Assembly (NCBI GenBank): GCA_040954595.2
Contig: CM082587.2
Location: forward strand, 9,987,403-10,051,402
Source: Balanoglossus misakiensis
Lineage: Eukaryota > Animalia > Hemichordata
Reading direction: 5' to 3'
DNA: 64,000 nt
This document shows positions 14,231 to 27,639 of the stretch, in pieces. The notes beneath the pieces are model-generated. The model ran no database searches and was not told the DNA's origin. It saw only the letters and a program-made list of their open reading frames with translations. Each line of letters opens with the position of its first letter. Position 1 is the first letter of the stretch. Both the position numbers and the translations under genes were made by a program.

Positions 14231-16303
14231 TTATATACTAGGTCACATGATATTATGGCCATTAAAAGAATCAATTTTTTAGCCCATTTTACTTCAGAAA
14301 AATGCTGGCTGATTGCTGGTTGCCATGTGTGTATCAATTGAGAAGACTTTGCAGTATTGTTCAAGAGAGTGTTGGCAGTCTATGGTGTGACAATCCATGA
14401 CAAAATTACAACTCCGCATTTTGCTATTCGTATTTCTATTCAACATTCCATTTTTCAGTGCAACAATTCGATTTCACAACTTTGCCTTACAGAGAGTCAG
14501 ATTGAATCTGGCGTCTGCGTATTCACGTATGTAGATTCCTTCATTCAGAATTGGAATTTTACATTGTCAGCATAATTGGGATTTTGCATAGTTAGCGACA
14601 TTCAGAAATCTGTTCCAACAGAAATTCTACATGCGCGAATACGCAGACTCCTTGATAAAATTGTCATCAACTTCTCGGTTATCGGTAATATTAAACCCCA
14701 AACTAAATATATTTGTTTGAAAATTCTAAATTGTATTTCAAAATTAACATACCTTATAGCTCTCTTCGGTTCGCTGGAGCCGGATTGTTCTGAACTTTGC
14801 GGAATGGTATTCCCACATATCTATAAAAAAATAATGAAATGACATCAAGGATGATAAATAACAAATTTCATTATTTCAAATAAAGTGGAATCATACCACA
14901 CGTCTGTTTCCTCGTTTTCATGTAAGCTTACTTGCAAATTAAATATTGATAGCGGTGTCAATTGTCCAGGTCTGAGACAGTAAATTGTACTAGTTTACTG
15001 GTTATATGAGGAATTACAGGCCCACCATTATAATCACAACTTGAAGCTGTCTAAGAGAGCGAACATTATTTATTTAGGGCCTGAAGAGGTGTTGGAGGAA
15101 TTTCACCAGGCACATATGCATGCCAAACCAGGCCTGTTGCTGGATTATAACCAAAGGTGTAAACATACTTACTGCAGCCCCATCGCGACCATTGCGAAGC
15201 GATCGTGCCGTGTGCCTTTGCTCACAAGGTTAAACCTCGAGCTACGGTTCTGCAGTTGCGTTTGGGTTTAGTCGTGTATCACATCATATCGTGGCTGAAA
15301 ACTGTATTCTACCTGTCTCATCATTGCTTGGACCATGACTCCTTGATTCATCTCGATATGACTCAAGTAGAAGACACAATAAATCAATATATTACTTCTG
15401 GTCGATGCACCGACACTCGAGTGTCATGGCGCTCGAGTGTTTTTTTGACAGGCCAAAGGTCAACCCTGTTGAGGGCGTGCTTCGGTTATAATATTATAAT
15501 ACTGTACTATAAAAATAATTTTCAAGTTGAAAATGAACTGCGGACGGGAACGTGGGCCTGCACTGGTCGATACCATATTATTTATGGGATTGTCAATGCC
15601 GACAACCTAGTTTAACATGTGTGTCTGCAAAATAGTCCGAGTAAGGCTACAAAGTGAAACGAACTGCACCACACAGTCATTGCAGCTTGTTCAACGCCAG
15701 AAAATTAAAATACAAACAGCTGGCAGAAAACTTGGTGTGTTTTCGTTTGGATATTCTAAGAATGGAAAACATATCGCTCGAGGGCACTAGCTGAGCTCCG
15801 TCATCATTCAGTGTATGTGAAAAATAGCCCCAAAGTATAGACAGTGACACTATAAAAATAATGGCGGCTGCACAGCGAAAGCCACTAATAAATATTTCCA
15901 AAGGTGGTTAGCAGAAAAGTGGAGTCCGCTCATTTGTCAATTGTGGCAAATGCTGTAGACACGGAGCAAGTAGGCGAGAATACTAATGCGAGAATATTGG
16001 TAAAATTAAGAGTCTTGTCACTTCTCTTTAGAAGTTGCTGGTTGTTTATTCTCCTTACTAAGCATTTTTTCGATCGCTAATAAATTGCATGGGGTTAAAA
16101 CGTGCTTGGTTTTGAAATTCAAGGCCGTGAGTTTTAATAGTCGATCATAATAAAAATAAAAACTACCGAGGCAACAAATTTTCCGTTTTCCCCATGGGTG
16201 AACATATTAAACAGAGTTTATCTCGAAATTGAGCGCGTTGGCCCTTCAATTGTTGTCTACCATTCAATTTGAAGTCATTTGACTGAGTTATGTGTAGACC
16301 TAA

Positions 16304-17465
16304 GGGACCGTTCAGTTTTTACGGCCGGGGGGGGGGGGCCCGGCAAAATCCAGGGGGGGGGGGGTCACTTAAATTTTGAAGTCCACAAGGGGGGGGGGGT
16401 CATCTGTTTTTTTTAAACGTTTAGGGGGGGGGGGGTCACATACTTTTGCCACCGAACTGTTGGTTTTGAGTCCACAAAATTGCAGTTTCGCACCCTTTAT
16501 TTTACAAAATTTTCTAACAACCACCCCCTTCATTCTCCGCCACATTTCATTTTTTGCTGGTTTGTCTAGTGTACCAGGGCAGAGTGCTTGCCACCCCAAC
16601 CCCACCGATGATAATAAGAGTGAATTCATAAAAGAGAATAATTGTTTAAACCATTTTGCATAACTGATTTCGCGGTGCATCTTCTATATACTAGAAGTTT
16701 TATAACTGATGTCATGACAAGATGACGCCAAATCTTCTAACTTTGAGTGTAGTGGCAAAAAGTAAAATTGGTCCTCCCAAACATTGAGATAATTTGCTTT
16801 TTAGTTCATTAAAATTCAACTTTGCGCTACATATTTTACAAAATTTTCTTATGTGGGAGGGCGACACACACCCACCCCCTCCATTCTTCGCCACATTGCA
16901 TTTATTCACTGGTTTGTGTAGTGTACCAGGGAAGACTTCCTGCCACCCCAACCCGATGCTTACTTTGAGTGGAGTAGCATAATTAAAATTTGTCCTCCCT
17001 AACATTGAATTAATTTGCTTTTGAGTTCATTAAATTGCAACTTTGAGCACCGAATTTTACAAAATTTTCTTATGTGGGAGGGGTACACCCCCTCCCACGC
17101 CCACCCCCGCCACTTTTCTTGTTTTACCGATTCTAGCAACTATTGTATTGACTTGTCATTTTAATTTGTTCATAGATTTCTTTATTGCAACGATATACTA
17201 TTATATACTTCAATAATACTTTAAGAAATATATAATTGAGGTGTGAGGAGCCACATTCCCTTTATTGCATACAGTGTACATAGGATCAGGACGGCGAATG
17301 TTTTGGCCGTGGGGGGGGGGGTCATCATATTTTTGGGTCTGTCAAAGGGGGGGGGTCATCATTTTTTGGTCCTGGGTGAAGGGGGGGGGTCGGCCTGATT
17401 TTGAGAACCGATGACACAAACTTGCCAGCCCCCCCCCCCCCCTGCCGTAAAAACTGAACGGTCCC
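16304..17465 (+). mobile_element. Full-length MITE with TAA TSD (PIF/Harbinger-like)
   Basis: TAA-GGGACCGTTCAGTTTTTACGGC ... GCCGTAAAAACTGAACGGTCCC-TAA; G/C tracts; internal sub-repeats. Confidence 0.85.
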
Positions 17466-20400
17466 TAAACGTTCATGAAAATGACAATAGCAGACGCGGG
17501 TTTTCCAGCAATCCCATGAATCCTATGGGAAAAGACAAATTGAAAGCGCTTGTACAGATTGTAATTTATACTCGGTTGGCTGTAGCTCTGCGTACAGGTC
17601 TGTGTGTTCCCGGCGTTACATAGATAGACAATAACGAAAACAATAAATGTATATATAGACAGGCAGATAATAAAGAGCAGGCTAGTCCATATTTGAACGC
17701 GTTTCCTTTTCTTATTTCCTTGCAAATATGAAAGTATTTTGTAGCACACGACAAACTAAAAAACAATTAATACATAGATAATAAAGTTCCTTCACTTGCG
17801 GTGATCTTTCACCGCCAGGCATTTGTATTCAACCTGTCCTCCATTATATATCAGTGGGAAGGGCAATGTTATGATTTATTTGTGCAGGGGTGAATTATTG
17901 TGGTAATATTGATCATGCAGATATGATGTGGCTATTATAACAAGAAAACTTTCTTCAGAAACTTGTTTTCATTGCCTAGATTATTTTTTATCAAAAGTGA
18001 TTTGATATCATTCATGTTTACATATTATGATGTATTTATTGTTTTTTCTTGTTTTGGAATAAACTCTTTGAAATTTAATTGCTTGTTTGTAAATTTTTAG
18101 CAAGAAATATATACGCATTTGACATACAGCAAACCTATAGTAATAATCCTAATGGAAGGAGAATAAGCGCAGTGTGTGAGGACACAAAGTTTGTCAAAAA
18201 GTCATTAATTTGAATGACTGGCAAATCCAAAATGTTTTCCATGGGCTTTATTCTGATTGACAAATAATTAAATTCTTATTTAAAGTCCATGTCCTGGCAC
18301 ATTTTGCTCCGTTTTGTTGTCATTACTCATTTGTATCAGAGTTATCTCTGTTTCGATTATTGTTACAGAGAAATAAAATATTACAATACAAACTAGCATA
18401 TATATTGGTATTAAATATCAAATATGGATGTAAATATATCGCGCCAATCTTTAAAAAAACGCCTGAAAAGTTGCAGTGTGTGCAGAAAATCAGCGCGAAT
18501 TTTCCGGAAATTGCCGAGTACGCGCCGTTTTCACCCCATACACCTGTGACGTCACTAGTGGAACACATAAACAAACATGTCTGCCATTCGTACGGCGCGG
18601 TGCCTGCGGTGGTGCACGATTTTGAAAGTGAAACCGATGACTGGGGCTGCATGACTTGTGATGCCAGAAGTGACAGCGAAGGTGGTGATATTGACCAACT
18701 TGTAGAGGCTATCGTAATGTCTAGCCAATATCATTACACATTTTCTAGAACATCGACACGTCACTATGTTCGAAGTGCTAGTGCTGCACAGCTGAGCGAT
18801 ATTGAGTCGCATCAAACAGTGCACACACGCTAAAATTTAAAATTGTGTGCATATTTAGTTAGAATGGAAATCACTCGGCAAAATGTTGATAGTTATACAG
18901 CAGCAATTTAATGGATGTTGGCGATGTTTACTGTATCGTGCCGTCGTGACTTGCCGTGCCGTTTTTGTTTTATGTTGACAACATTTACCACCCAATCCAT
19001 GCAGTATTATGCACATGTGCGACGTGGTGAAAGTCTAATCGTTGCAAAAGAAAAGTAAATAGACCCAAAAATATCTAGACAGTATTTAAATGGTTGTGTA
19101 AATATGTCAAATATTTCATCTAGTGACGATTGGCAAATTAAAAATCATAGATTCGGCACCGTTAGCAACCGAACGCATCCATAGCACAGCCATGGCCTCA
19201 ATCATCAATGGCGTTTGTTGGAAGCGAGCGTTTTCACCAGCCGACTTGCGTAAACCATGCGTAAACCAATGGAGGAGGTAAATTAAAACACAAAGAACCA
19301 AAACCCACATACATGTAATCGGTGTGTTTTTTAATAAATTAATTTAATAAAATGTCTTAGCACGGTAGTTGTTGCTGTTTTTATACGTATCCTAAATACG
19401 AACAACTTCCGAGCAGCTAGCAGTTGACCTAGTGTTTAGGGTTCACCCGTAATAGCTGACATTTCTGAATGCGACGACGCGTCGTAGTACTAGCTTCCAA
19501 ACACGGCCATGTTTGGAATTTGGAAGCGGGTTGCTGCATTTGTGGGGAAAATAAATCGTTGGTATTTACTGTTTATGTACGGCACCTGAACTAAATCCAG
19601 CCTCGTCCTATAACTTGCTGACCATCGTACGTATCAAACGAAGTGATCTGGCGCACACAAGTGTGCACCACAAATGATACCTGTCTTGCATTTTACTCAG
19701 TCAGTACGCCTAGTAACCCGTTTCAAAGCTACTCCTGGGTCACTGGGAAAGCTCTGCATCGATATATCGTCGTTAAATTCATGTTGCTACACCCACCAAC
19801 AACATTGTATTTCACAATTTTTGAAGTAGACGCCGGCGTTCAATGCACAACGCAAGTCATAATATTCCTTTGTGTTCCACTAGTGACGTCATTTTCCCAT
19901 TAGGGACGCGCGACATCCGAAACTTCACGATCAGCGGCATACCACAAAAGTCACCCTAAAATTACGTTTTTTTCTGTTAAAAAACACATTTTTGAAAGAT
20001 TTTTTTTGCCCTTTTCCAGGAAAAATAGTATGCTTGGACATGACATCGTTTATTCCTGTTTAAATTAAAGCCGCAGTATTTCTCGTAGGGGCAAAATTTT
20101 GTTTGAAACGGCATCTATAATTTCTAAAAGTAGATGATAATTGATACTGAATCGAACAGTCATCATCCCCAGCTCTGCTGATAAACTCATACAATTTACA
20201 ATATAACGAGTGAAGAATGACTTTCTGTCCGGACAGAAAGTCACGTGAGTCAGGCTAATGTTGACACACGTGACTAGTGCGCATGCGCACTCAAATGTGA
20301 ATCTATGCGGAAGAGGTTTGGTCGCCCCAAATCAAGCGACTCAGCGAAGAAATGCGCACTAATTCGGCGAAATTTTGGGAAGATAACTTTATGGGAGGAA

Positions 20401-20680
20401 TCAGTCGATGGAACCAGATCAAATCCGAAAATGGTCTGACCATCAAAATGTCAAAGTGGCACGTTTGCTGATCGACATGTACAACATTTCCGTTGTAAAC
20501 AAACCCGCGCATCATTTCAAGTGTTACGGGCGATATTTTCGGCTTGCATGTAGCTACAGTTGCCCAAACCTTTCTTACATCTTCATTATATAGTATTCCA
20601 TGATGGATGTACTGGAAAAACGGGCTTTTTTCGATGATGAAAAATGGCTTTAATGTAAAATTTTGCCAGGACCTGGTTAA

Positions 20681-21114
20681 GGTGGCATTGCATGAAAAGT
20701 TGTGATTTTTGCCAATTTTTTTTTTTTTACATCAATCGGTAGGTCTAATACTGATCCACATTCTGACAAATGCGTCTTGGCGGAAATGGTGCATAATCAC
20801 CCAAAAATAGCACTTTTCTGAATGAGTTCACAGCTTAACAAATAGGTGTCAACAATGCAAATGGCTGTTTTTCTCAGTTTGCATTTTTGCTGCTCTTGAC
20901 AACTTCAGAAGAATTTAGCTTCGCTCTGCGTTGGCCGAATTTGCTCAAATTTTAACAGGGGATTGTGTATGGACCCATCTAACAAAACAATTTTTTAGTC
21001 GATAAAGTGTCCTTGGCGGGAATAAAATCTGATTCAATACAACTCATTGTGAATTTGATCAAATTTTCTAAAAATCTAAATTGCAAACACTGTTACTCCT
21101 CAATGGAAGCAGAT
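20681..21114. mobile_element. Truncated copy of the 2374-3107 element
   Basis: TTAA-GGTGGCATTGCATG, colinear for about 430 bp. Confidence 0.85.
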
Positions 21115-21496
21115 TTTTGTCATCGTCTCAGAAACTGCTTGTACAATGTTTTGCAAACTTCTCCAAAAGTCCAATTGTATTCGAACTGATCTTGCATAGT
21201 CCACACGTTAATAGCATTTATTGATACTGTCTGATTAAAGACATCTGTTGCAGGATTCACACCCTATTGCCTTGTCTTTTGTATGGACTAGGTGAGGACA
21301 ATAGAAGTCAAAGACCGTAGAACACTTTAAGAAAAAAACATGACCATTTCTTTACATCTGATTTTAATCAGATTGACACTGAAATGGTAATAGGAAACTC
21401 AGCAGCCAATAAGTTTAACCTATTTTACGAGACGGGAGTGTTGCACTGTTTGATATAACATTTTAATCTCTTTTGATACGATATTTATGATATAAT

Positions 21497-22133
21497 ATTC
21501 TCACACTCCTGGCCGCTGGGAGTGTGGGATAGAGAGTGTGGGATCAAATTGATCAAATTGATTCCACACTCTGTGTTAATGCGCACACAGACAAGTGTTA
21601 TCTGACACGAGCTCTGATTGGATAATGACATTCATACCCCTCAGAACGAACAAATATTATCCAATTGTGTGATGTGTTGTACACAGACCTGAACTACAAT
21701 GTGATAAGGTCATGTGCAGACGACAGTGGTGTATGTGGTTGGCGACAGACTAAAAAACACGGTTGTATTTTCTAGATATCGCTTGAATTTATACCACTGG
21801 AAACAATCTCCATATTTAAATGTGTTGAGCACATTTTTATAGCATGTGTGTACTGTAAACTCGTGATGAAATGGGGACTATGTTTTGAGGGGCGGATCAA
21901 TATATGACTGGTCATGCAGTTATCAGTTGGTATTTCATAGATTTAGTCCTTTTATTGTAAATAAACGTTAATATTGCAAATTTCTGGTCGTGTGAGAAAA
22001 AGAATCTCACACACCAAGGACCTGGGATCGTATTTCTCACACTCGTTGGGGATTTTTTGTCCCACACTCGCCTGCGGCTCGTGTGGGACAAAAATATGAT
22101 CACAGGTCCTTGGGAGTGTGAGATTCTATTATT
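21497..22133 (+). mobile_element. Non-autonomous hairpin-bearing element related to 6385-6800
   Basis: Shared termini and shared CCAAGGACCTG...CAGGTCCTTGG hairpin. Confidence 0.6.
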
Positions 22134-22394
22134 CTACTCACTGAAGCATGTTCATTGATCTGTAATCATGGGGCCGGTTGAGTTTACAACCCGTACATGG
22201 ACAATACACATAGATATTTCCACCATTTAATTGGTCATTACCCAAAATTATATTATGGAAGTATGCTCAATCATTATGTTATACCCATGTACACCGTGCA
22301 ACTTGAGTTGTGACAACTAGTCAATCAGCATGTTTCAGTGAATAAAACAATATCTTTATCCCACCAACTGAAACTGAAATAACCAGGGCTGCCC

Positions 22395-22885
22395 AAGGTG
22401 GTTGTGGCTGTGCAATCCTGCACAAAAGTCTTCGCCTTTTGCACTTGATGGCCTTGTTCGTGCGCGCGCTGCATCGCCAGATGGGGTTGACGGACTTGCT
22501 GGACTTTTTCTGGTACGAGTAACCGTTGGAATCCACCAGCATCGCGTTACCACGTACCGATGCTCCCTCGATTAACTCGTACGATGTCGTGACCTATGCG
22601 CCGATATTGGGGATGGGGTCGGGTAGGACGTTGTCTGCAATGCTGTCTTCGATGGTGTCCGCTGGCTGCGTGTACGGCTGGTCAATGGTGAAAGAGTGGT
22701 CGGCAGGTACATCGATGTCCATCTCCATCTCAGCAACAGGTGGTGGTGGTGGTGATGATGATGATGATGAGCGTGAACACTCAGCGCAGTACCATGTAAG
22801 CTCGATTTCTTCCCGGAGAAGCTGGCGGTAGGTGGGTCTTGAAACCCCCGAGTTGCAGGTTCGATGTTGCCACTTGCTGCAGTGA
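22395..22885 (-). pseudogene. Decayed PHD-like + FLYWCH fragment (MULE transposase-type N-terminus)
   Basis: KWQHRTC...LTWYCAEC, then LVDSNGYSYQKK..PIWRCSAR..CK..HSHNH, with stops and frameshifts. Confidence 0.6.
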
Positions 22886-24479
22886 GGCAAGAGCCTCTTG
22901 CCGTTGACGGACCTCACGGGAACAGACGACGCATGGATAGACAACAGACGACATGACTGCAATAAGCTCGATGTAGTACGCAAGACTTCGCTATGTGACT
23001 TTGCTATAACGTTAGTAGATGAACTACCAAGGTTGGAATGATCGAAATGCCTGTTACATGGCATTTTATAACCAAGATCACTTTCAAGTTGAGGTGATAC
23101 CGCACTTTTTACACCTTAAAGTGAGAAAACATTGAGATCGACGTTGACGTGATACCGCACTTTTCACACCTTAAGTGACACTTCATGGAACAATAATTGA
23201 GTTCACCGCCCATTGATTGTCTTTTGATATGACTGTGCCGCCTCCCCGTCAACTGCAAAGGAGCGCAACACCGAAAAGAAACCGTTAAACACCTCACCAA
23301 ATATGAACAATGACATCGGACCGCCTTTTTAGTAACTTTAAAAAAACCCAATGCTTTGAAGGAATTTACGTTTTTACGGCCACGGTTAAGTTGTAACGTA
23401 TTTCCCCGTACCATTGCACAATAAGCAATGAATTCGTTCATCTTGAAAAAAATCTTTCAATTCAAATTTGAAATATTTTACAGTGTGTCCGTGTCCGCAC
23501 TGTTGAGGTCACGGTGATTGTGTCAACTCAGTGTGCAGCGGCCGTAGTACATCAGACATAAACGGTAAAACAATTGTATGTAGCCAGCGAGGTTGCTCAG
23601 AAATATTTCAGAATTTTGCACTTCGTTTCATCTCATTTTTCGGGGGGAGAAAAGACGAATCATTTAATGGACTGTGTGAACTGTGCTTTGGTTTTCAAAA
23701 ATCTGTGACAGGCGCCTGTCATCAAAAACTCCGTAAAAAAAAAAGTCGCCGTTCCCTACATCTGATTTTAATCAGATTTTGATCAGATTGGGTTTACCCC
23801 GAACAACGGTGATCGTTATCAAGGTATACCGGCGATGGCGCGACGTTGTTACTCGTATCAAAACTGTCGTGATTTGGAAATAAAAACAAATTGTGAGTAA
23901 AATTAAACTGGGACGTTTCTTTACTGTAAACACTCCCCACCCCCGAGACTTAGACAACCCCTGCTACAAATGGTAAGGTCCATGCCAACGGTGAGAACAA
24001 TAGCTATCCACGCCCGAAGATGGCGGCGCGGCGTGCGTGGCATAGCATGTAATCCGTACGTTGTATGAAAGAGGTTCCCTTCGTTCTGTGTTCGCTGGAG
24101 GCAGCAATGTTTGTGTGTAAGTAAAAAAATGACAATCAATAGATATAGAGTAGCTTTATTCAAAGAAATCGAGAGAATAAGTAGAGATAGACATAGGGGT
24201 CTAAGTGACTTGGCCACAGGGGTCTAGATGACCACAAAGAGGTGTGAATCACTGGGGTCGGACAGGCCAGGGGTCGGAGTGACTTGTTACCTTCTATAAT
24301 TAATGATTCATTAATAAAATCGTCGAAATTCATGTCCCTCAGAAAAAATCTCAATTCGTATTTGCCGCGTATAGACCACGTGACATGACGTCTTTGGGGG
24401 AAGTCGTTGCCAGTACGTAAACAGTGATATCGTTGCACAGCTTAGCCCAAAGCGAGAGTCCCGCGTTTCCATCATTATT

Positions 24480-24611
24480 ATCAAACGATGCGTCGTCGGG
24501 GGCTGTAAAAACACCATCCGTAGTGTACATAGATTTCCGAAAAGCAAAGGACTGAGAGAAAAATGGGAGCGCTTCATACAAAATGGCCAAAAGGTCACTT
24601 CATCACCGTAA
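24480..24611 (+). pseudogene. THAP-domain N-terminal remnant
   Basis: Manual translation IKRCVVGGCKNTIRSVHRFPKSKGLREKWERFI matches the THAP pattern CxxxGCxN..HxFP..W; no ATG, truncated. Confidence 0.55.
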
Positions 24612-25459
24612 AGGTAATGATGAATGGAACTGTACCGGTGTTATGCCAGTTTTGGGTAACCGGTCGCTTGTGAACAGGGAGTTTATCTGTGATATTTATG
24701 TATGAAATTTGTCGTCCCATTACGTTTTTTTCACAACAGAGATGTCAGCAATGATGTTTTAGTACGGACCGTGTGCCGCGGGTTCTTTGTGTATATATCG
24801 GTGACCAGACGAGCGCAGACGTCCGTATCGGGAGGCAGATCTGCTACGAGAATATTTGAGTTTCACAGAACCACTCCCTGAACATGTTAGTGGACATATT
24901 TATTGTAAAATAAAAACAAACAAACAGAAAATGATGCTTATTCACCAACTATATTTCCCACTCGAGAAGATTCAGGCGAATCTGGACCCGCGCTTGCAGG
25001 CATTTCTTCGCTCCGCATCGACGGTTGCCCACCAGCCCGAACAGGTTGAGGAGATACCTCACGCCTTGCTGGTTCGGCCCTGGCCAGGAATTTCCTTGAA
25101 AGCACCGACGAAGAGCCCAAAACTCTCCATCGCTACTGTCTGAATCATATACTCTCCCAACAAATTGCCTCGTCACTGACCGTGTTTACCGTTGACGCCA
25201 TAAAAGTCAAGTAGACGACATGTACGCCTCTCGATGCGATGAATTGTAGACTAAAAGCGAAGGAGAGCCCCCAATGACGTCACACGTAACGGGGCCGTTC
25301 AGACAGAGATTTTTTTGAAGGGGTGAACATTTATTAGGATAACATTTATTCATCGACGAGAATAAAAAAAATGACACCAGAATTCAAATCATGAATGCAA
25401 TTTTAGTTTACGGTCAAACAATGAAAAATACATTTTGATAGGTGTAATAAACTCTTTAA

Positions 25460-25874
25460 AGATGTACGCGCAGAACACAAACCGGAAAACTGCAGGCACC
25501 CGTCTTTTTCCCATAGGATTACATTGATAATAGCTAGAAAACAAACTTCTACTATTGTCATTTTCACGAAATTTTACACATAGCTTAGTCCAGCAAATAT
25601 AAATTCATTGGTCAAATAAAATATAGGGGTCACCGCGCTCTATTTTGAGATGAATTGGGTTAATAATTTTGCCCATAGACAAACCATTGGTGAAAAATAC
25701 TGAGTCAGCAGTTTTCTTCTATTATTGACGAAATTCATGGCTCTGTATTTCATAAACAAGCACGGTGACCCCTATATTTTATCACAGATTTTCATGATTA
25801 TAATACAAAGGAGCACCCAAAAATCCACAATTAAAATAAGTGACAATACTTTCAATTTTACTGAACGTACATCC
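25460..25874. mobile_element. TTAA-flanked MITE (Kolobok-like)
   Basis: TTAA-AGATGTACG ... CGTACATCC-TTAA. Confidence 0.55.
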
Positions 25875-27237
25875 TTAAAAATCAAAATTACCCCGTGAAA
25901 ATTTTTCTCCTCTGATAGATGTTGGCAGGAGGACAGCATCTGCTGCCATTGATGGCAAAGGTGGAAAGAATCCAAAAGATGGAGTCAGGGTGTCTGGTGC
26001 CAAAGGTCATGCACAGAAAAAGAAAGTATTAACAGATGGATTCCGGGTGAAAGAAAGTGCCTATGTACCTGAAGGTTGGAAAGCTACAGCCCCAATCAGG
26101 TAAGGGTTTCTTTCACAGACCACAAGACCCTGCAAGATCTCGCATGGCTAGGCAATGTACATGGGAGGCCTGCACTCTCATGTGATACAGGATAAACAAC
26201 GCATGACCCATTGTGTTCAATGGCACAAAAATTACAATTGTCGTGAAATTCTGCACCTATTCTAGTTCATTCAAAGCTTGATTGAATTTGATACTTGGCT
26301 ACCAACCTGTTGCTATGTAAACTAACCAAGCTTTGCAAGATCTTACGATGAGCAGAAAATCATCTATTAAAAGATGTGCCTCATGAAATGTCAACAACTC
26401 ACACATTTATTGTGACTTTGAGGGATTATAGAGTAACTTGCTGTCTTCATACCTGCAAACAATCTATCTCCAGGAAATTGTTGACTTTTATCTACACCAA
26501 ATTGTGACCAATTATGGATCGGTTCTTTTCAGATAAAAAAAGTTCCGAGTACATGTATCAATTTGAACATTTTAAGTGCAAACCCAACACATTTGATAGT
26601 TAAACTTTTAAGTTTTATTGCACATCACAGTCTGTGTATGTTGTGAGTTTACTGGTTGCAATAAATATTCATATTGTTCAGAGGTACACGTAGTAAATTC
26701 AAACTGCAGGAAAAGTATGGTAAAATTCATTTTTGTTTTCTGTATGAACAGGGAGTCATTTCAAAGACGCATTGCCAAGCATCCTGAGAGTGATATTTTC
26801 AAGATTGCATACCTTATTCTACTGCTCTTTCTCATGGATAAGTAAGTATTGGTCAATGAAAATGATTTGTAGTTGTCATAGAAACCAACTGTTATCGTAT
26901 CTTGTGGAAATAGTAGTGCCATCGATTCTTTTTTCTGTATCTTGAAGAGGGTTCTGGTCATGTGTGCAATCCAGTCCATCACAACTGGTTGTCATACATG
27001 TACCTGTTTAGAGTGTCAAGTCCCTTAAATACATATTTGCCACTTTTTCTTCTAAAACGTATTTTGACTGTCTTGACATGGCTCTCATACGTACTTAGAC
27101 ACATGTGGCAGTCTGAGCCCCCTGTAAAATGTATCAAATTGCACTGGTTTGCACTGTATTGGTCTGAGGGTCTTGTATAGGCCCTACTGAATAACATGCA
27201 CTTGGCAGTCTAACAGGCCTGGGAGCCAGGATTCTAG

Positions 27238-27639
27238 TAGCCCGGAGACACAGGCGTCGATCTAGAATACAACGCCCGGGGACAGTCCAGTAACTTCCTG
27301 CTGAGCTGAAAGATAGTAGCCCTGGCAACGATCAGGGTCGCTTAGTAACGAATTGATAATGAGTGATCTATCAAATGTTGACGGGCGCCAGTGGTTGGAT
27401 GATATAATTAACAAAGCTTGGTAAACCATTCCCACATCCCGTCGCGGGAATTTCACACATGACTCCACCTCTATTTCCTTATTTAGAATGCGATGATGTC
27501 ATTTGGTTTACATTGAGTGACCAATTAGCTTACACACAAGATTTACCACCCGTGTCGTTCTGCGCACAGAATTTGGTGCGTAAATAGAGACTGTCCCCGG
27601 GCGTTCCTTTTCCCCTACTACGCCTGTGTCTCCGGGCTA
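27238..27639. mobile_element. Non-autonomous DNA transposon with TAG termini and 9-bp TSD (AcademH-like)
   Basis: TIR TAGCCCGGAGACACAGGCG; TSD GGATTCTAG; empty-site paralog at about 14050. Confidence 0.8.

Larger units (their letters stand above)
6057..15361 (-). pseudogene. Putative spliced coiled-coil gene or pseudogene (exons 15361-15313, 14820-14753, 13836-13771, 12367-12329, 10243-10061, 6175-6057)
   Basis: GT/AG boundaries with pyrimidine tracts and compatible phases; frameshift/stop near 10135; no recognised domain. Confidence 0.35.

Noticed and set aside
18360-18833. 157-aa ORF
   Set aside because: Non-ATG start, no recognisable motif, probably inside a repeat.
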